DNA from: Anthoceros angustus
Taxonomy: Eukaryota > Plantae > Anthocerotophyta
Reading direction: 5' to 3'
Assembly (NCBI GenBank): GCA_010909165.1
Contig: MU008155.1
Location: forward strand, 1,488,001-1,552,000
DNA: 64,000 nt
The first letter of the stretch is position 1, and each line of letters starts with the position of its first letter. A program made the translations under genes and the position numbers. Shown piece by piece: positions 52,030-64,000 of the stretch. Below the pieces are notes generated by a model that was not told where the DNA came from, made no database searches, and was given only the letters and a program-made list of their open reading frames with translations.

Positions 52030-53010
52030 AGAGGAGATGGTTATTACCGGCCGCACCACCGAATTGGAGGAAGTGAAAGTTGAAGCTGTTTTTGAGACTC
52101 GTAAATACTTGGAAAGCAAGAATGTTTGAGGCCACTTTTGAGTCGCTCTGCTGTACAAAGAGCGGGCTAAGCTTGAGCAGTTTGCAGGTATTGCATTTGT
52201 CGTTTCTGTATCTGGGAATGCTGGTTAGTGGCAGGCGGCAAGAAGTGCGCCATGACCATGGTGCTGCCAAGCTTTTGGCTTAATCTCGTGGGGCATCTGG
52301 CAGTTGGAAATGTTTGTAGAACGATACTGCACTGTGCTTCTGGAAGCACATTCTATTCTCAGCAAGTCCCATTTCCTTGGTCAGTGTGTCTGAAACCACA
52401 GGTCGTGGCCTCGTGTCGTTGGTTTCGTGGAAGTGCATCTATTGGGCCCACTGTGTCAGCAAGTCCCATTTCCTTGGCCTCCGTGTCTGAAACCACAGCT
52501 CGTCGCCTCGTGTCGTCGGCTTCGTGCACTCTTGGTTGTGTGCTTCTTTCTGTCCCAGGCTGCGTCGGTTGGTTACTGTGGAGTCTCCAAGTTGTACTTG
52601 GACACACAACCAAGAGTTCTTGAAGAAGCGCTTTTGGAACTGCATCAGAAAGGTCTGAGGAATTGAAGCAGCATTGGTGCCTCACACAGAGATGAGTCTT
52701 TTTTACATACTTGCCCGATCATTTCCATGACGGAAATCCGTCCTGACGTTTGCCCCGTGTGAGACGGAAGCCTGTGACAAATCTCTCTCCACAGTGCTAG
52801 CCCAGGCATTGTCAGAGTTCCAGTACAACAACCGCTCCAGGACAGGACTGCAGACGAACAGGAGGACAAATACCTGGAACAGGTTAGAGGGAAGTTCTGT
52901 GGAATCGGATGACAAAAGTTGACAAACTCGTCCTGAAAGTAAATCCAGACTGCAAGTTCCCAGCTGCATTTACGATGTCCATGTGGTGCTAGCAGCACGT
53001 GCTCTTGCAC
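52030..53010 (-). pseudogene. Degenerate LRR-like gene fragments
   Basis: Patterns such as ELPSNLF and LAFQVFTSLKNSF. Related copies at about 55737-56000 and 61350-61620. Confidence 0.35.
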
Positions 53011-53200
53011 GCCCTTCTCGCCAGAAGAATGGGAGGAAGCTTCTGTAGAACTACGAGTGCTGTGTGACGTTAGGTTCCTTTTTGTCTCTAGTCAATGTTT
53101 TGCCAACGATGCCGAGATGTTGACTCATCGAGTATTATATCACTGGGGCTGAAGCGGGACTTTGTGCCGAGGGAAAGAGCCGCCAGGAGCAAAAAAGAAG

Positions 53201-55261
53201 ATGGATGGGTCACAATTGCACGGGCTGCTTCCATCTGCCACAACACTTCTTTTCTTGGCCTGCGCCGGGCTGGTGATATGGGTGTTTGCGAGGACCGTGG
53301 TGACTCCATGGAGGGAGTGGATTTTCTACAGGAAGCAGGGAATCAAGGGCCCCCCCTTCAGACCGCTCCTGGGCAACTTTCTGGAGCTGCGCAAAATCCG
53401 AGGAGCACCCCGTCCTCCCAGTTCCATCGACCACACTCGGTTCGTGGAGGCATCCAGCCCGTACCTGATTCACTGGGCTAACACATATGCCCCAGGTGTC
53501 CTCGAGCTTGCAGACTCCAAACCGAGCAATCAGCACAGACTGTCCGTGGTTGGATGATCGTGTTGTGAAGCTTACATGTTTGCCGTTCATGCGCAGGACA
53601 ACAGCGCTTGCTGTTTCAGACTCTGAACACTACGAATGTCATCCTGTGGGATGCCAGTTTGGCGAGGGACTTTCTCTCAAAACACAGTCTCTACAAGAAG
53701 TCTGCCCTGTCAAAGCTAGTGACAGAGAAATTAACAGGGAAGGGTCTCGTGGTGCTGGACACAGATGAGTGGGCACTGCACCGCAAAATTCTGAACCCCG
53801 GCTTCCGCCTCCACTTCCTGAAGGTACTTTGCAAGTGCCTGCTTCTCCTGAGTGCCAAGTTGGTATGATGGAGAAGCACTGACTGTTTGCAGGGGAACTT
53901 GTGCATATTTGCCCTTGCCCATTCTCTACTGGTTTCAGGGATTTCATGACTACATGACAGAGGCAGGCAAGGAGCTGGTGCAGGACTGGTTGCAAGAAGT
54001 GCATAAAGGGGATGGCTCTGCAGAGCTCCAGATCAGCGCCGGAGTCAGGAAGGCATCTCTGGACATCATAGCGCGGGCGGTATTTGGTGCAAATGTGGCT
54101 GGCAGCATACCTGTGAGCATTGCTCGGAAGGTCTTCGAGACTCTTCAGGAACGCGTGGACGTTATAGTGCGTAACGTATTCACTTTGAGTACCTTGGTCC
54201 CAGCACTCCGGTAAAGACGGTCAAGACTTCGAAGAATGTATCAATTCATTCTACATTTCAAGATTCTGCAGGGACATCTCTGTGGATTCAGACTCATGAC
54301 CATCGCTGGCTGGTGCTGCAGACTGTTCTTAGAGACAAAGGAAGAGAAGAAGTCAGCCAGAGATAATCGCTTCATCGATGACCTACTCAAGGAGATTGTG
54401 GATGCTCGTATCAAAGCTGTTGAGTCGGCTTACACAAAGGACAGCCCAGCCCTTGACAGCGAAGAGAACCATGGCGGCCATGATCTGCTGGGGCTCATGG
54501 TGGACGCCATGTTGAGGGGCAGCAAGACCATGGCCAGGGCACAGGTGCTGGAAGAGTGTCGGACCCTTTTTGTGGCTGGACAGGCCACAACAGCCGCTCT
54601 TGTTACATGGACTCTGCTGATGCTTGCTCATCACCCAGACTGGCAGCACAAGGTCCGGGAGGAAGTGATACAAGTCACTGGCAACACTGGCGTACTTGAG
54701 GCCCACAGCATGGACAAGCTCCGCATTGTAAGTTGCGCTTGAAAACAATGGACCCATCATCCCCGTGGCCACGTGCAGATTCTCTGTGCTTACCTGGTAG
54801 GATCCTGTCTGACATGGACTTGGACAACGCAGATGGGAATGGTCCTGAACGAGGTGCTCCGGCTGTTCCCCCCAGCAAGTACGGTGCCACGGGAGGCTGT
54901 TGTAAGGCACAAGATTGGCGACCTCGAGATCTTGCCTGGGACCGACGTCACCTTCCACTTAGCCTTGATCCATGGATGCGAAAAGTACTGGGAGGATCCT
55001 TGTGCATTCAAGCCGGAGCGGTTCGAACGCGGAATCGCTGCAGCCGCTCTGAACAAAGCCGATGCTTTCTTCCCTTTCAGTGGAGGTGGTCGAGTCTGCA
55101 TTGGACAGAACTTCGCTTTGTTGGCAGCCAAGAATCTTGTGGCCTCTGTTGTGCATCGGTTCAGCCTTCGTGTGTCCCCCAATTATCAGCATATCATTAG
55201 CGATGGTTCCCTTTCAGGCAGCAGCTTTGTGTGTCTGGTGGTACAAGAGTTGAAGAGTTGA
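53201..55261 (+). CDS. Cytochrome P450, CYP72-clan-like (copy A)
   Basis: GIKGPPFRPLLGN, WALHRKILNPGF, ECRTLFVAGQATT, EVLRLFPP, KPERF and the heme motif FSGGGRVCIGQNFA. Multi-exon; some splice sites unresolved. Confidence 0.92.
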
Positions 55262-57480
55262 TTGTCTGGCCAGGTCGTATCATGAACGTGAACGTCAATT
55301 CATCTCTGCAGCAAAGTGCATAAATCAGAGGACATCTGTTGTCAGAGCCTGCTCTGATCGTGAAAGAATGGAGGCTACGCTTCCAACTGAAGACAAGTTT
55401 CTCTAATGCTGAGGAGGTCATACAAAATTCCTACATGCATCTGTACGTTGCAACGGCGTGAGGCGAGTGGGACTTTTTACTTTAGGAAAGGGTGTTCTCA
55501 CGCAGCCATGGATACATGGATGCCTTAGTTGTTCTTTCTTTTAGAGACGTTTCCGGGGCTTTATAGATGAGGAGATACAGCCCAGCCCCGTCTCAATAGT
55601 TCTTTCCATTCATAATGCACGCAACGTTTGCTTCTCTACACAGAGTACGTGGGACTTTCAAGCTTCCACGGATTAGGGCCACGGTACAATGGCAATTGAA
55701 AACAAACATCCACAGCAGAGGTCAGGTAGGTCAGTTTCAGGAGCGACGGTGAAGATTGTGTCTACTTGCTACGCATAAACTCGCAATGTGGTGGCAGCTT
55801 CTTCCAGCCGCACCAACGGATTGCAGGAACTGAAAGTTGAAGCTGTTTTTGAGACTTGTAAATTCTTGGAAAGCAGGAATGTTGGATAGCAATTTTGAGT
55901 TGCCCAGCGATCCAAAGAGCGGGCTAAGCTTAAGCATGCAGGTATTGCGTTTGTGGTTCTGCCCCTGGAAATGAGGTGGTAAGTGGCTGGCGGGAAGAAG
56001 TGCACCACGGGCATGGTGCTGACAAGGATCAGCAGCCGAAGAAAGGGGGAAAACGCATCCAGGACCAATACCGTGGACATCGGTACCGAAGTTTTCGAGG
56101 GTCTGAGCGCTTCTTGTTGCTAGCAGCCCAACCGCAGATTGTTGCTCCCAGTTATTGGCCAGTGAGACTGCTGTCTAACCTCAAGGGAAGCATGTCCAAG
56201 TTATTGAGAACTTTCGGATGTTGGGAACGTCCAGATTCTGAAGCCATTTAAATGTCTTAATTGCCACTGCAGTGTGCAGCGAAGTACAGAAGTCGAGAGG
56301 AATGCACGATGCTGGTCCTCTGTCTCTTTTAGGTACCTACTTACAAGTTGAGCACAGCTTGCCAGAGGACGGCTTCACAAATCAATCAGCTCATCCTGCT
56401 CCCGCTTTCAAACAAGAGGCTCCTACACCTCCATCACGTAGGCTTTTAAAACATCTAAGAACTGCAGCTGGAAACGATTGTGGGCAAGAAATGATGCCCT
56501 GCATCGTCACTGTCTTGTGTTGCAGGATATTCTTAGAGACAAAGGAAGAGAAGAAGTCAGCCAGAGACGATCGCTTCATCGATGACCTACTCTAGGAGAT
56601 TGTGGATGCTCGCATCAAAGCTGTTGAGTCAGCTTACACAGGCAGCCCAGCACGATCTGCCGGGGCTCATGGTGGACGCCATGTTGAGGCGAGACCATGA
56701 CCAGGGTACAGGTGCTGCACGAGCGTCGGGCCCTTTTGAGAGGAGGCGTACTTGAGGCCCACAGCATGGACAAGCTCCGCATTGTAAACAATGGACCCAT
56801 CATTCCTGTGGCCATGTGCAGATTCTAGTAGGATCCTGTCTGACATGTTCTTGAACAACGCAGATGGAATGGTCCTGAACGAGGTGCTCCGGCTGTTACC
56901 TCCTGCAAGCACGGTGCCACGGGAGGCTGTTGTAAGGCACAAGATTGGCGGCCTCAGATTTTGCTTGGGACCGACGTCACCTTCTTCATAGCGTTGATGC
57001 ATGTGTGAGAAGCATTGGGACGATCCTCTTGCATTCAAGCCGGAACGGTTCCAGCACGGAATCGCTGCAGTCCATCGACAGCAGTTCCCACCAGGGGTTT
57101 ACTGGTTGACAGAATGGACCCAACAGGTGTGCTTCTGGAAGCACATCTACTGGGCCCACTCTGTCAGCAAGTTCCATCTCCTGTACGAACTTGGGACGCA
57201 ACCTGGGACCCATTGCGGCTATTATCTCGAGACGTCCAACATTTCGGCAGCGTCGACACATTGGGTGGGACATAGAACCAATCGTCACCAGCACATTCGT
57301 CGTTCCGTATTACAACCCACAACACAAGCGAAGCTTCCCTGTTTCTTCTAGCGAGCCGGGAGTACAAGAGCACAGCATTACGTGGACCTCGTAAACTCAC
57401 AGTTTGGATTTACTCCAAGCACGTGTTTGTCTCGTCCACAACACTTCCCTCCGGACTGTTCAGGTTTTATATCCTCCTGT
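54690..57480 (+). repeat. Segmental duplication unit, repeated at about 60320-63130
   Basis: P450 3' end, flank, LRR-like piece and P450 pseudogene recur near-identically about 5.6 kb downstream. Confidence 0.9.
56526..57075 (+). pseudogene. P450 3'-half pseudogene with internal deletions
   Basis: In-frame TAG after DDLL; EVLRLLPP and KPERF remain; heme motif absent. Confidence 0.85.
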
Positions 57481-57551
57481 TCTCTGCTCTCTGTGGTGAA
57501 GGTTGAAGTGGAACTCTGTGGTTTCTTGGGCTAGAATTGTATGGGAAGGAG

Positions 57552-58350
57552 ATGGATGGGTCACGGTTGCACGGGCTGCTTCCATCTGAGGGAACACTTC
57601 TCTTCTGGGCCTGCGCCTGGCTGGTGATATGGGTCTTTGTGAGGACCGTGGTGTCTCCATGGAGGCATTGGATTTTCTACCGCAAGCAAGGAATCAAGGG
57701 CCCTCAGTTCAGGCCACTCGTGGGCAACCTTCTGGAACTGCGCAAAATCCGAGCAGCATCCCGTCCTCCCAGTTCCATCGACAAAGAGAAGAGAAGAAGT
57801 CAGCCAGAGACGATCGCTTCATCGATGACCTACTCTAGGAGATTGTGGATGCTCGCATCAAAGCTGTTGAGTCGGCTTACACAAAGGGCAGCCCAGCACG
57901 ATCTGCCGGGGCTCATGGTGGACGCCATGTTGAGGGGCAGCGAGACCATGACCAGGGTACAGGTGCTGCACGAGCGTCAGGCCCTTTTTGAGAGGAGGCG
58001 TACTTGAGGCCCACAGCATGGACAAGCTCCGCATTGTAAACAATGGACCCATCATTCCTGTGGCCATGTGCAGATTCTAGTAGGATCCTGTCTGACATGT
58101 TCTTGAACAACGCAGATGGGAATGGTCCTGAACGAGGTGCTCCGGCTGTTACCTCCTGCAAGCACGGTGCCACGGTAGGCTGTTGTAAGGCACAAGATTG
58201 GCGGCCTCGAGATTTTGCTTGGGACCGACGTCACCTTCTTCATAGCGTTGATGCATGTGTGAGAGAAGCATTGGGACGATCCTCTTGCATTCAAGCCGGA
58301 ACGGTTCCAGCACGGAATCGCTGCAGTGCCCCTGAACAAAGCCGATGCTG
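57552..58350 (+). pseudogene. P450 pseudogene: exon 1 fused directly to the 3'-half pseudogene
   Basis: ...PPSSID joins KEKRRSQ at about 57782. Confidence 0.85.
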
Positions 58351-58819
58351 TCAACTTGTGGGTTTACTTGCTGACAGAATGGACCCAACAGGTGTGCTTC
58401 TGGAAGCACATCTACTGGGCCCACTCTGTCAGCAAGTTCCATCTCCCTGTACGAACTTGGGACGCAACCTGGGACCCATTGCGGCTATTATCTCGAGACG
58501 TCCAACATTTCGGCAGCGTCGACACACATTGGGTGGGACATAGAACCAATCGTCACCAGCACATTCGTCGTTCCGTATTACAACCCACAACACAAGCGAA
58601 GCTTCCCTGTTTCTTCTAGCGAGCCGGGAGTACAAGAGCACAGCATTACGTGGACCTCGTAAACTCACAGTTTGGATTTACTCCAAGCACGTGTTTGTCT
58701 CGTCCACAACACTTCCCTCCGGACTGTTCAGGTTTTATATCCTCCTGTTCTCTGCTCTCTGTGGTGAAGGTTGAAGTGGAACTCTGTGGTTTCTTGGGCT
58801 AGAATTGTATGGGAAGGAG

Positions 58820-60885
58820 ATGGATGGGTCACGGTTGCACGGGCTGCTTCCATCTGAGGGAACACTTCTCTTCTGGGCCTGCGCCTGGCTGGTGATATGG
58901 GTCTTTGTGAGGACCGTGGTGTCTCCATGGAGGCATTGGATTTTCTACCGCAAGCAAGGAATCAAGGGCCCTCAGTTCAGGCCACTCGTGGGCAACCTTC
59001 TGGAACTGCGCAAAATCCGAGCAGCATCCCGTCCTCCCAGTTCCATCGACAACACTCGGTTCGCGGAGGTCTCCAGCCCTCACATGGTTTACTGGGCCAA
59101 CACATATGCCCCAGGTGCCCAGGAGCTCCAATTTCTGCTCTCGAGAGCTTACGGACTCCAAGCCCGTCGTATAGGACAAACTGGCAGTGTGGCTGGCTGA
59201 TTGTGTTGTGATGCTTACATGGTTGCCACTCATGCGCAGGACAACAGCGCTTGCTGTTTCAAACTCTGACTACTACGTCTGTGGTCCTGTGGGACGCTAG
59301 TTTGGTGAGGGAGTTCCTCACAAAACACAGTCTCTACAGGAGGTCCGCTATGTCTAAACTAGTGACAGAGAGATTGACAGGGAAGGGTCTTGTGATGCTG
59401 GACACAGCTGAGTGGGCACCGCAACGCAAACTTCTGAACCCCGGCTTCCGCCTCCACTTCCTCAAGGTACTTTGCAAGTGCCTGCTTCTCTTGAATGCCA
59501 AGCTGGTATGATGAAGAAGCACTGACTGTATTCAGGGAACTTGTGCATATATGCACTTGCCCTTTCTCTACTGGTTTCAGGGATTTCATGACCACATGAC
59601 ACAGGCAGGCAAGGAGCTGGTGCAGAACTGGTTGCAAGACGTGCACCAAGGGGATGGCGCTGCCGGACTCCTGATCAGCCCTGGAGTCAGGAAGGCATCT
59701 ATGGACATCATAGCGCGGGCGGTATTTGGTGCAAATGTGGCTGGCAGCATACCTGTAAGCATTGCTAGGAAGGTCTTCGAGACTCTTCAGCAACTTGTAG
59801 ATGTTATAGGGCGTACCAGATTCAATCTGGGTACCTTGGTCCCAGCACTCCGGTAAAGACTACCCAAACGGAATTGATCATCTCATTCTTGAAGGCAAGG
59901 TTGGGAGGACATCTCGTTGGCTCAAGACCGTCACTTTCTTGTATTGCAGGATATTCCTAGAGACAAAGGAAGAGAAGAAGTCAGCCAGAGATAATCGCTT
60001 CATCGATGACCTACTCAAGGAGATTGTGGATGCTCGTATCAAAGCTGTTGAGTCGGCTTACACAAAGGACAGCCCAGCCCTTGTCAGCGAAGAGAACCAT
60101 GGCGGCCATGATCTGCTGGGGCTCATGGTGGACGCCATGTTGAGGGGCAGCAAGACCATGGCCAGGGCACAGGTGTTGCACGAGTGTCGGACCCTTTTGT
60201 GGCTGGGCAGGCCACAACAGCCGCTCTTGTGACATGGACTCTGCTGCTGCTTGCTCATCACCCAGACTGGCAGCACAAGGTCCGGGAGGAAGTGAGGCAA
60301 GTCACTGGCAACACAGGCGTACTTGAGGCCCACAGCATGGACAAGCTCCGCATTGTAAGTTGCGCTTGAAAACAATGGACCCATCATCCCCGTGGCCACG
60401 TGCAGATTCTCTGTGCTTACCTGGTAGGATCCTGTCTGACATGGACTTGGACAACGCAGATGGGAATGGTCCTGAACGAGGTGCTCCGGCTGTTCCCCAG
60501 CAAGTACGGTGCCACGGGAGGCTGTTGTAAGGCACAAGATTGGCGACCTCGAGATCTTGCCTGGGACCGACGTCACCTTCCACTTAGCCTTGATCCATGG
60601 ATGCGAAAAGTACTGGGAGGATCCTTGTGCATTCAAGCCGGAGCGGTTCGAACGCGGAATCGCTGCAGCCGCTCTGAACAAAGCCGATGCTTTCTTCCCT
60701 TTCAGTGGAGGTGGTCGAGTCTGCATTGGACAGAACTTCGCTTTGTTGGCAGCCAAGAATCTTGTGGCCTCTGTTGTGCATCGGTTCAGCCTTCGTGTGT
60801 CCCCAATTATCAGCATATCATTAGCGATGGTTCCCTTTCAGGCAGCAGCTTTGTGTGTCTGGTGGTACAAGAGTTGAAGAGTTGA
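58820..60885 (+). CDS. Cytochrome P450, CYP72-clan-like (copy B; 1-bp indels, possibly assembly errors)
   Basis: Same exon structure as copy A with intact heme motif. Frameshifts at about 60195 and 60495. Confidence 0.8.
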
Positions 60886-62141
60886 TTGTCTGGCCAGGTC
60901 GTATCATGAACGTGAACGTCAATTCATCTCTGCAGCAAAGTGCATAAATCAGAGGACATCTGTTGTCAGAGCCTGCTCTGATCGTGAAAGAATGAGGCTA
61001 CGCTTCCAACTGAAGACAAGTTTCTCTAATGCTGAGGAGGTCATACAAAATTCCTACATGCATCTGTACGTTGCAACGGCGTGAGGCGAGTGGGACTTTA
61101 CTTTAGGAAAGGGTGTTCTCACGCAGCCATGGATACATGGATGCCTTAGTTGTTCTTTCTTTTAGAGACGTTTCCGGGGCTTTATAGATGAGGAGATACA
61201 GCCCCGTCTCAATAGTTCTTTCCATTCATAATGCACGCAACGTTTGCTTCTCTACACAGAGTACGTGGGACTTTCAAGCTTCCACGGATTAGGGCCACGG
61301 TACAATGGCAATTGAAAACAAACATCCACAGCAGAGGTCAGGTAGGTCAGTTTCAGGAGCGACGGTGAAGATTGTGTCTACTTGCTACGCATAAACTCGC
61401 AATGTGGTGGCAGCTTCTTCCCGGCCGCACCAACGGATTGCAGGAACTGAAAGTTGAAGCTGTTTTTGAGACTTGTAAATTCTTGGAAAGCAGGAATGTT
61501 GGATAGCAATTTTGAGTTGCCCAGCGATCCAAAGAGCGGGCTAAGCTTAAGCAGCATGCAGGTATTGCGTTTGTGGTTCTGCCCCTGGAAATGAGGTGGT
61601 AAGTGGCTGGCGGGAAGAAGTGCACCACGGGCATGGTGCTGACAAGGATCAGCAGCCGAAGAAAGGGGGAAAACGCATCCAGGACCAATACCGTGGACAT
61701 CGGTACCGAAGTTTTCGAGGGTCTGAGCGCTTCTTGTTGCTAGCAGCCCAACCGCAGATTGTTGCTCCCAGTTATTGGCCAGTGAGACTGCTGTCTAACC
61801 TCAAGGGAAGCATGTCCAAGTTATTGAGAACTTTCGGATGTTGGGAACGTCCAGATTCTGAAGCCATTTAAATGTCTTAATTGCCACTGCAGTGTGCAGC
61901 GAAGTACAGAAGTCGAGAGGAATGCACGATGCTGGTCCTCTGTCTCTTTTAGGTACCTACTTACAAGTTGAGCACAGCTTGCCAGAGGACGGCTTCACAA
62001 ATCAATCAGCTCATCCTGCTCCCGCTTTCAAACAAGAGGCTCCTACACCTCCATCACGTAGGCTTTTAAAACATCTAAGAACTGCAGCTGGAAACGATTG
62101 TGGGCAATGATGCCCTGCATCGTCACTGTCTTGTGTTGCAG

Positions 62142-62720
62142 GATATTCTTAGAGACAAAGGAAGAGAAGAAGTCAGCCAGAGACGATCGCTTCATCGATG
62201 ACCTACTCTAGGAGATTGTGGATGCTCGCATCAAAGCTGTTGAGTCGGCTTACACAAAGGGCAGCCCAGCACGATCTGCCGGGGCTCATGGTGGACGCCA
62301 TGTTGAGGGGCGGCGAGACCATGACCAGGGTACAGGTGCTGCACGAGCGTCGGGCCCTTTTTGAGAGGAGGCGTACTTGAGGCCCACAGCATGGACAAGC
62401 TCCGCATTGTAAACAATGGACCCATCATTCCTGTGGCCATGTGCAGATTCTAGTAGGATCCTGTCTGACATGTTCTTGAACAACGCAGATGGAATGGTCC
62501 TGAACGAGGTGCTCCGGCTGTTACCTCCTGCAAGCACGGTGCCACGGTAGGCTGTTGTGGCACAAGATTGGCGGCCTCGAGATTTTGCTTGGGACCGACG
62601 TCACCTTCTTCATAGCGTTGATGCATGTGAGAGAAGCATTGGGACGATCCTCTTGCATTCAAGCCGGAACGGTTCCAGCACGGAATCGCTGCAGTGCCCC
62701 TGAACAAAGCCGATGCTGTC
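62142..62720 (+). pseudogene. P450 3'-half pseudogene (duplicate of 56526-57075)
   Basis: Same stop and deletions as the upstream copy. Confidence 0.85.
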
Positions 62721-63189
62721 AACTTGTGGGTTTACTTGCTGACAGAATGGACCCAACAGGTGTGCTTCTGGAAGCACATCTACTGGGCCCACTCTGTCAG
62801 CAAGTTCCATCTCCCTGTACGAACTTGGGACGCAACCTGGGACCCATTGCGGCTATTATCTCGAGACGTCCAACATTTCGGCAGCGTCGACACACATTGG
62901 GTGGGACATAGAACCAATCGTCACCAGCACATTCGTCGTTCCGTATTACAACCCACAACACAAGCGAAGCTTCCCCTGTTTCTTCTAGCGAGCCGGGAGT
63001 ACAAGAGCACAGCATTACGTGGACCTCGTAAACTCACAGTTTGGATTTACTCCAAGCACGTGTTTGTCTCGTCCACAACACTTCCCTCCGGACTGTTCAG
63101 GTTTTTATATCCTCCTGTTCTCTGCTCTCTGTGGTGAAGGTTGAAGTGGAACTCTGTGGTTTCTTGGGCTAGAATTGTATGGGAAGGAG

Positions 63190-64000
63190 ATGGATGGGTC
63201 ACGGTTGCACGGGCTGCTTCCATCTGAGGGAACACTTCTCTTCTGGGCCTGCGCCTGGCTGGTGATATGGGTCTTTGTGAGGACCGTGGTGTCTCCATGG
63301 AGGCATTGGATTTTCTACCAAGCAAGGAATCAAGGGCCCTCAGTTCAGGCCACTCGTGGGCAACCTTCTGGAACTGCGCAAAATCCGAGCAGCATCCCGT
63401 CCTCCCAGTTCCATCGACAACACTCGGTTCGCGGAGGTCTCCAGCCCTCACATGGTTTACTGGGCCAACACATATGCCCCAGGTGCCCAGGAGCTCCAAT
63501 TTCTGCTCTCGAGAGCTTACGGACTCCAAGCCCGTCGTATAGGACAAACTGGCAGTGTGGCTGGCTGATTGTGTTGTGATGCTTACATGGTTGCCACTCA
63601 TGCGCAGGACAACAGCGCTTGCTGTTTCAAACTCTGACTACTACGTCTGTGGTCCTGTGGGACGCTAGTTTGGTGAGGGAGTTCCTCACAAAACACAGTC
63701 TCTACAGGAGGTCCGCTATGTCTAAACTAGTGACAGAGAGATTGACAGGGAAGGGTCTTGTGATGCTGGACACAGCTGAGTGGGCACCGCAACGCAAACT
63801 TCTGAACCCCGGCTTCCGCCTCCACTTCCTCAAGGTACTTTGCAAGTGCCTGCTTCTCTTGAATGCCAAGCTGGTATGATGAAGAAGCACTGACTGTATT
63901 CAGGGGAACTTGTGCATATATGCACTTGCCCTTTCTCTACTGGTTTCAGGGATTTCATGACCACATGACACAGGCAGGCAAGGAGCTGGTGCAGAACTGG
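63190..64000 (+). CDS. Cytochrome P450 copy C, 5' part (runs off window)
   Basis: Near-identical to 58820-59635. Confidence 0.8.

Noticed and set aside
60058-60816. 252-aa and similar minus-strand ORFs over the P450s
   Set aside because: Antisense shadows of P450 exons.

Overview
Eukaryotic plant nuclear DNA. It is probably from a non-seed land plant; this is inferred from the short GT-AG introns, a PLS-type PPR fragment and the transposon types. No bacterial operons, rRNA, tRNA or CRISPR arrays were seen. 1-13 kb: a tandem Athila/Tat-like Ty3-gypsy array with three shared LTRs. 13-15.7 kb: a truncated Copia with an internal inversion. 21.6-25.9 kb: a head-to-head Harbinger-type pair (SH4/ASR3-like trihelix gene and ALP1-like nuclease). 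27-46.8 kb: a nested transposon stack. 47-64 kb: a legumain fragment, an intact aldo-keto reductase and a tandem array of CYP72-clan P450s. The standout is an 11.3-kb cut-and-paste DNA transposon (32729-44014) with 17-bp perfect TIRs and a 4-bp target duplication, inserted into a Copia gag. It encodes a Sola-like (DGMD...GHTH-D-IDQ) transposase. Divergently, it encodes a ParB-like domain followed by a bacterial-type beta-class N6A/N4C DNA methyltransferase. It also carries dispersed CCGGA(C/T)(A/G)TCCGG palindromes. Repeats contain many 1-bp indels while single-copy genes read cleanly, so many frameshifts may be assembly errors. All protein family calls are from manual motif recognition, not database searches.
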